Shown here: piece by piece, positions 40,383 to 43,668 of the stretch
Layout of the letters: the number at the start of each line of letters is the position of its first letter
Numbering within the stretch: the first letter of the stretch is position 1
DNA from: Trichomonas gallinae
Lineage: Eukaryota
DNA: 43,668 nucleotides
Direction: 5' to 3'
NCBI GenBank assembly: GCA_008369845.1
Contig: MRSU01010932.1
Span: 1 to 43,668 of the forward strand
Translations under genes and position numbers: made by a program
The notes under the pieces: generated by a model
What the model was told of the DNA's origin: nothing
The model's input: the letters and a program-made list of their open reading frames with translations, nothing else
Database searches by the model: none

Positions 40383-42353
40383 TTATACTATAGAATTAAA
40401 TTCTGTGAGGTGAGAGCTGAGATCTGTGTTATCAGCGAAAATCGCAATATTAGACCAATCAGGCTTAGGACAAGCACGGCGACAAACAATGATTGTCACA
40501 AAGAAGCCTATTGGGCAGAGAACAAAGATCGGATTAAATGCCCAGAAGATAAAACGTGTGGTTTCGGATAATTTATAAAATGTAAATGCGAGGCAGAAAG
40601 CGAAGCCAAACAATGCATATATAATATCAAGGACGAACCACCACGTCCAATGTGCCTCCAATGATAGCATAGACGATAAGAAAGTCATTGGAGCAATATC
40701 GAACCACATATGAATAAGCAAGAAAATGGATCCATAAATTGTCGGTGTGTTGTGTCCACCATTATAATACCCATAAATACTAACGAAACCGTAATGGCCG
40801 TCAATTGTTTGAATGCAAATCGGACAAACGAATGGGAAGTATATGAGTGTGAAAAGTACGGTCCTCAGTATAATTGGCAATCTAAGGAATCTCCATCTTA
40901 CGATTAGAGGACCAAATGGAATAATATTAAGTAATGATTCGATACAGGTTGTTTGGTTATTGAATAACCATTTGAGCTTTCTCTCAGCGAAGCTTTCAAC
41001 TGCTTTAAACTTGAATTCGACTGGGAATGGAAAAACTATTAAAGTGAAAACAATCATAAGGACGTAAACAACTGGCACTGGACTGAAGAGGAGGTTGTAT
41101 AGGTTGCCAAGAAACTCATAGTGGGAAGGTAATATGTTTCCTACGAAAAACGTCAAATTATTCTCATAGAAGCCTGTAAATTCGATTGTGTTTTCGCCAG
41201 GTGGGAATGATGCCTTGAGGTGATAAAGAGCAATGCCTGGTCTTATGTATCTATCGAATTCCATTTTTGTTCCATCGCAAAAAATCTCGACTTCTGACTC
41301 TGTGAACACGAGTAACCTTATATCTATGTTAGGTTGATTGAACATAGTGTGTCTCGTAACGAGTTCTGTTGGGATTGGATATGTGACCACAGCTTTTGGC
41401 GTCGAATTGCACTTGAATGCTGCGTATCCAATATTCTTGTTATCAATGGTAACGATAGCTAAGTTATTATGTTGTTTAGTATCACTTCCGATAATTTCAA
41501 GATTTGTTCCATGATGATTCGGGTGGAAATGACCTGGATGAGTATGTCCATCAAGTGCTAATGATACATTGTAATATGAAATCATCTCATGGAATGATCT
41601 TCCCCTTGAAGATCTAATATCATACCATTGATCAATTGGGAAGTGATTCAGAACGATAACTGAAAGGTTTGTCTCGCATGCTTCTATTATAGTATCTTCA
41701 ATTGTATCAAGATTGTAACGTGATGGATAAACAAATAAATCAAGCAAAGCGCGAGAAGGAGGAAACAGCTGAGGATTGACAATAACGAAGATACAGTCTT
41801 CTGCTTGAACTGTAGAAACCAAGTAATCTGAATATGACAAGTTTTCGAATTTCGAAAAATATCTTGAGTATTTTAAGAAGTGCATATTATCGCTTCCATA
41901 GGAATAGACATCAAAAAGGTCGTGGTTGCCACTCTGATCCACGTGAAGTGTAATATATGGGCCAGTATCGCTGGCAAGTTTTTTGTATAATAAATGGTCA
42001 TAAACATTTTGGCCAGATTCATGTGGAATATGCTTGTGATCGATCCAATTATCAACTAAATCGCCAGTATTAATAAGAGTTTTAGTTTTTGTATATTTTA
42101 TAAATTTCAATGCATCAATATAGCGTTTGTTATTCTTAGGTCTGTTATGGGCTATATGTGAATCTGTAATGTGAACGAAAAATGTCGGATCTACTGAAGA
42201 ATTGAAACTTCTTTCTGCACTTGGGCATGGATCTGTATAATGAGAAGGAAATGTCAGAACCAACGACACTGCAAGTATTAGTATAAACGAATACCAAAGA
42301 TATGAGCTGAAAAGATGGCGGCAGCCATGAACCCTAAGCACTAATGACTTCAT
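40383..42353 (-). CDS. TMEM62-like membrane metallophosphoesterase (calcineurin-like fold)
   Basis: 656 aa. HITDSH, NTGDLVD, GNHD, NHFP and GHTH metal-ligand motifs, N-terminal TM, beta-rich middle domain, about 5 C-terminal TMs. TCACTT at 42386-42381. Confidence 0.88.
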   Translation of the reverse strand: MKSLVLRVHGCRHLFSSYLWYSFILILAVSLVLTFPSHYTDPCPSAERSFNSSVDPTFFVHITDSHIAHNRPKNNKRYIDALKFIKYTKTKTLINTGDLVDNWIDHKHIPHESGQNVYDHLLYKKLASDTGPYITLHVDQSGNHDLFDVYSYGSDNMHFLKYSRYFSKFENLSYSDYLVSTVQAEDCIFVIVNPQLFPPSRALLDLFVYPSRYNLDTIEDTIIEACETNLSVIVLNHFPIDQWYDIRSSRGRSFHEMISYYNVSLALDGHTHPGHFHPNHHGTNLEIIGSDTKQHNNLAIVTIDNKNIGYAAFKCNSTPKAVVTYPIPTELVTRHTMFNQPNIDIRLLVFTESEVEIFCDGTKMEFDRYIRPGIALYHLKASFPPGENTIEFTGFYENNLTFFVGNILPSHYEFLGNLYNLLFSPVPVVYVLMIVFTLIVFPFPVEFKFKAVESFAERKLKWLFNNQTTCIESLLNIIPFGPLIVRWRFLRLPIILRTVLFTLIYFPFVCPICIQTIDGHYGFVSIYGYYNGGHNTPTIYGSIFLLIHMWFDIAPMTFLSSMLSLEAHWTWWFVLDIIYALFGFAFCLAFTFYKLSETTRFIFWAFNPIFVLCPIGFFVTIIVCRRACPKPDWSNIAIFADNTDLSSHLTEFNSIV

Positions 42354-43644
42354 TGAAATTATTCGAAATTAAAGAATAAAAAGTGATAAATTTTGACAAG
42401 ATTTAGTCGTTAAATTTATATACTGAAAAGCTGTAAAAAACACTAGTGAGTGAATATCTACAATATGGTGATCATTAATTTTTTGAAAAATTATGTGAAA
42501 TATGTATATAAAAGATTATACAATGCATTTATCAGATTTTCGAATTGAAAATGAACAAATTGAGGGATCTGATTATTTGTCACTTTTCTAAATATGATGT
42601 AAAATGTCATGAATGGATATTTCATTTAAGCATATCCTGCGTATTAGAAATTCAATAAAAAAATAAGAAAAAAAGTGCGTGAAATTCTATAGATGACAAA
42701 AGTCATCAATTTAATATAAATAATTGCAAGAAGTATTATAATACTATGTTAAACATGAATAATCATTCTCAAAGAATTCAAATTATAAAAAAATAAAAGA
42801 GTCGAAAGTCAAGTTCAATTTGATTATAAATACATGATTATCTAATGCTGATTCCATTGGAAATGATGAAATATAACTTATTCAATACTGAAATTCAAAA
42901 ATAAAAATATTTTTCACAATTAACGATTTGGTTATTGATATTATATTAAATTCGGTGTATTTATGACTATCATCGAACTTATTTGATTTAATTTTGGTTA
43001 TATAAAATTTCCCTTGACTTATTTGGGATATATAGATATACGCTTATTGGGATATAGTCTAAAGATGGACATGAAACTGATTTAAGAATAACTCACATAA
43101 ATATTGCTTTAGAATCATTCAAATCAATTGATTTTCATCTAGATTGTGTTCAGAGCAAATATCACATTAAGTATAGATTTTGTATTGTTTATTGAAGTAT
43201 AATCTATATGTTATAGCTTGTTATATCTAATTGAATTGTCAAGATAATATATCTCGTTTAATTGACAAATATATATGATGTATATATGCAGATGGATCTA
43301 AATAATTTATATCTTCAATTAATATCAATGAAATCAGATATATTCAATAAAATTTTATCTTTCGTCAAAAAATGATTTCTTTTCCGGGCGATAGCACCAC
43401 ACTCATATGACTATTGTATGCTATGCTTCTATGATCTATCAGTTCAATTTTTTCAATTTGATACTGACAAAAGAAAATTGTATCTAATGTCACAATGGAT
43501 AGAGATAATTATTGGCATCTTATAACTAAGTCACATTTGGAAAATAAAAAGATGTTGGAATGTGAAATAAAAATTGTTCAAACAAAGGAAATGTCCCCCG
43601 GAGGTTTGTACGTTATAAAAAAGCTCACTTTTTCGGCCTCGGTC

Positions 43645-43668
43645 ATGGTTATCGCCGCTATTCTCAAC
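43645..43668 (+). CDS. Probable 5' end of a gene truncated by the window edge (MVIAAILN...)
   Basis: Inr TCACTT at 43625-43630, ATG at 43645, open to the edge with a rise in GC and C-ending codons. Only 8 codons are visible. Confidence 0.5.

Noticed and set aside
748..42055. Many 60-150 aa antisense or out-of-frame ORFs nested in real genes (e.g. 7926..8267, 14390..14743, 23804..24169, 28557..29015)
   Set aside because: Shadow ORFs expected from codon bias; many start at TTG/GTG and show no domain motifs.
1..43668. Maverick/Polinton, mariner or Mutator element; rRNA or tRNA genes
   Set aside because: No integrase, polB, ATPase or transposase ORF, no long terminal inverted repeats, and no cloverleaf or rRNA-like sequence recognised.

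Overview
AT-rich, gene-dense eukaryotic DNA with no recognisable introns, read in the standard code. Gene content and signals (M60-like surface peptidases, ankyrin relics, auxin-efflux-carrier and TMEM62-like genes, TCAYW initiator and AAAGTGAC motifs just upstream of ATGs) point to a trichomonad, most likely Trichomonas vaginalis or a close relative; this is inference, as no search was run. About 17 intact-looking CDSs: DsbA-like ER protein, COPI-associated-like protein, small acidic protein, AEC transporter, two tandem M60-like peptidases, NAK kinase with 11 DPF motifs, LRR, TLDc, ARM, RING, tweety-like, coiled-coil, MFS, cyclin, a type I surface protein and a TMEM62-like metallophosphoesterase. 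There are five pseudogene relics and a probable gene start at the right edge. I found no rRNA, tRNA, CRISPR array or intact transposon, and no convincing multi-gene novel system. The best unexplained signals are non-coding: (1) an 11-bp motif TGNCRYRTAAA clustered upstream of several genes and arrayed at about 20-bp period in the divergent promoter at 17641-17751; (2) a degenerate 123-150 bp repeat family in three long intergenic regions. A saposin-like relic not visible in the ORF track and a surface gene apparently lacking its ATG also merit checking.
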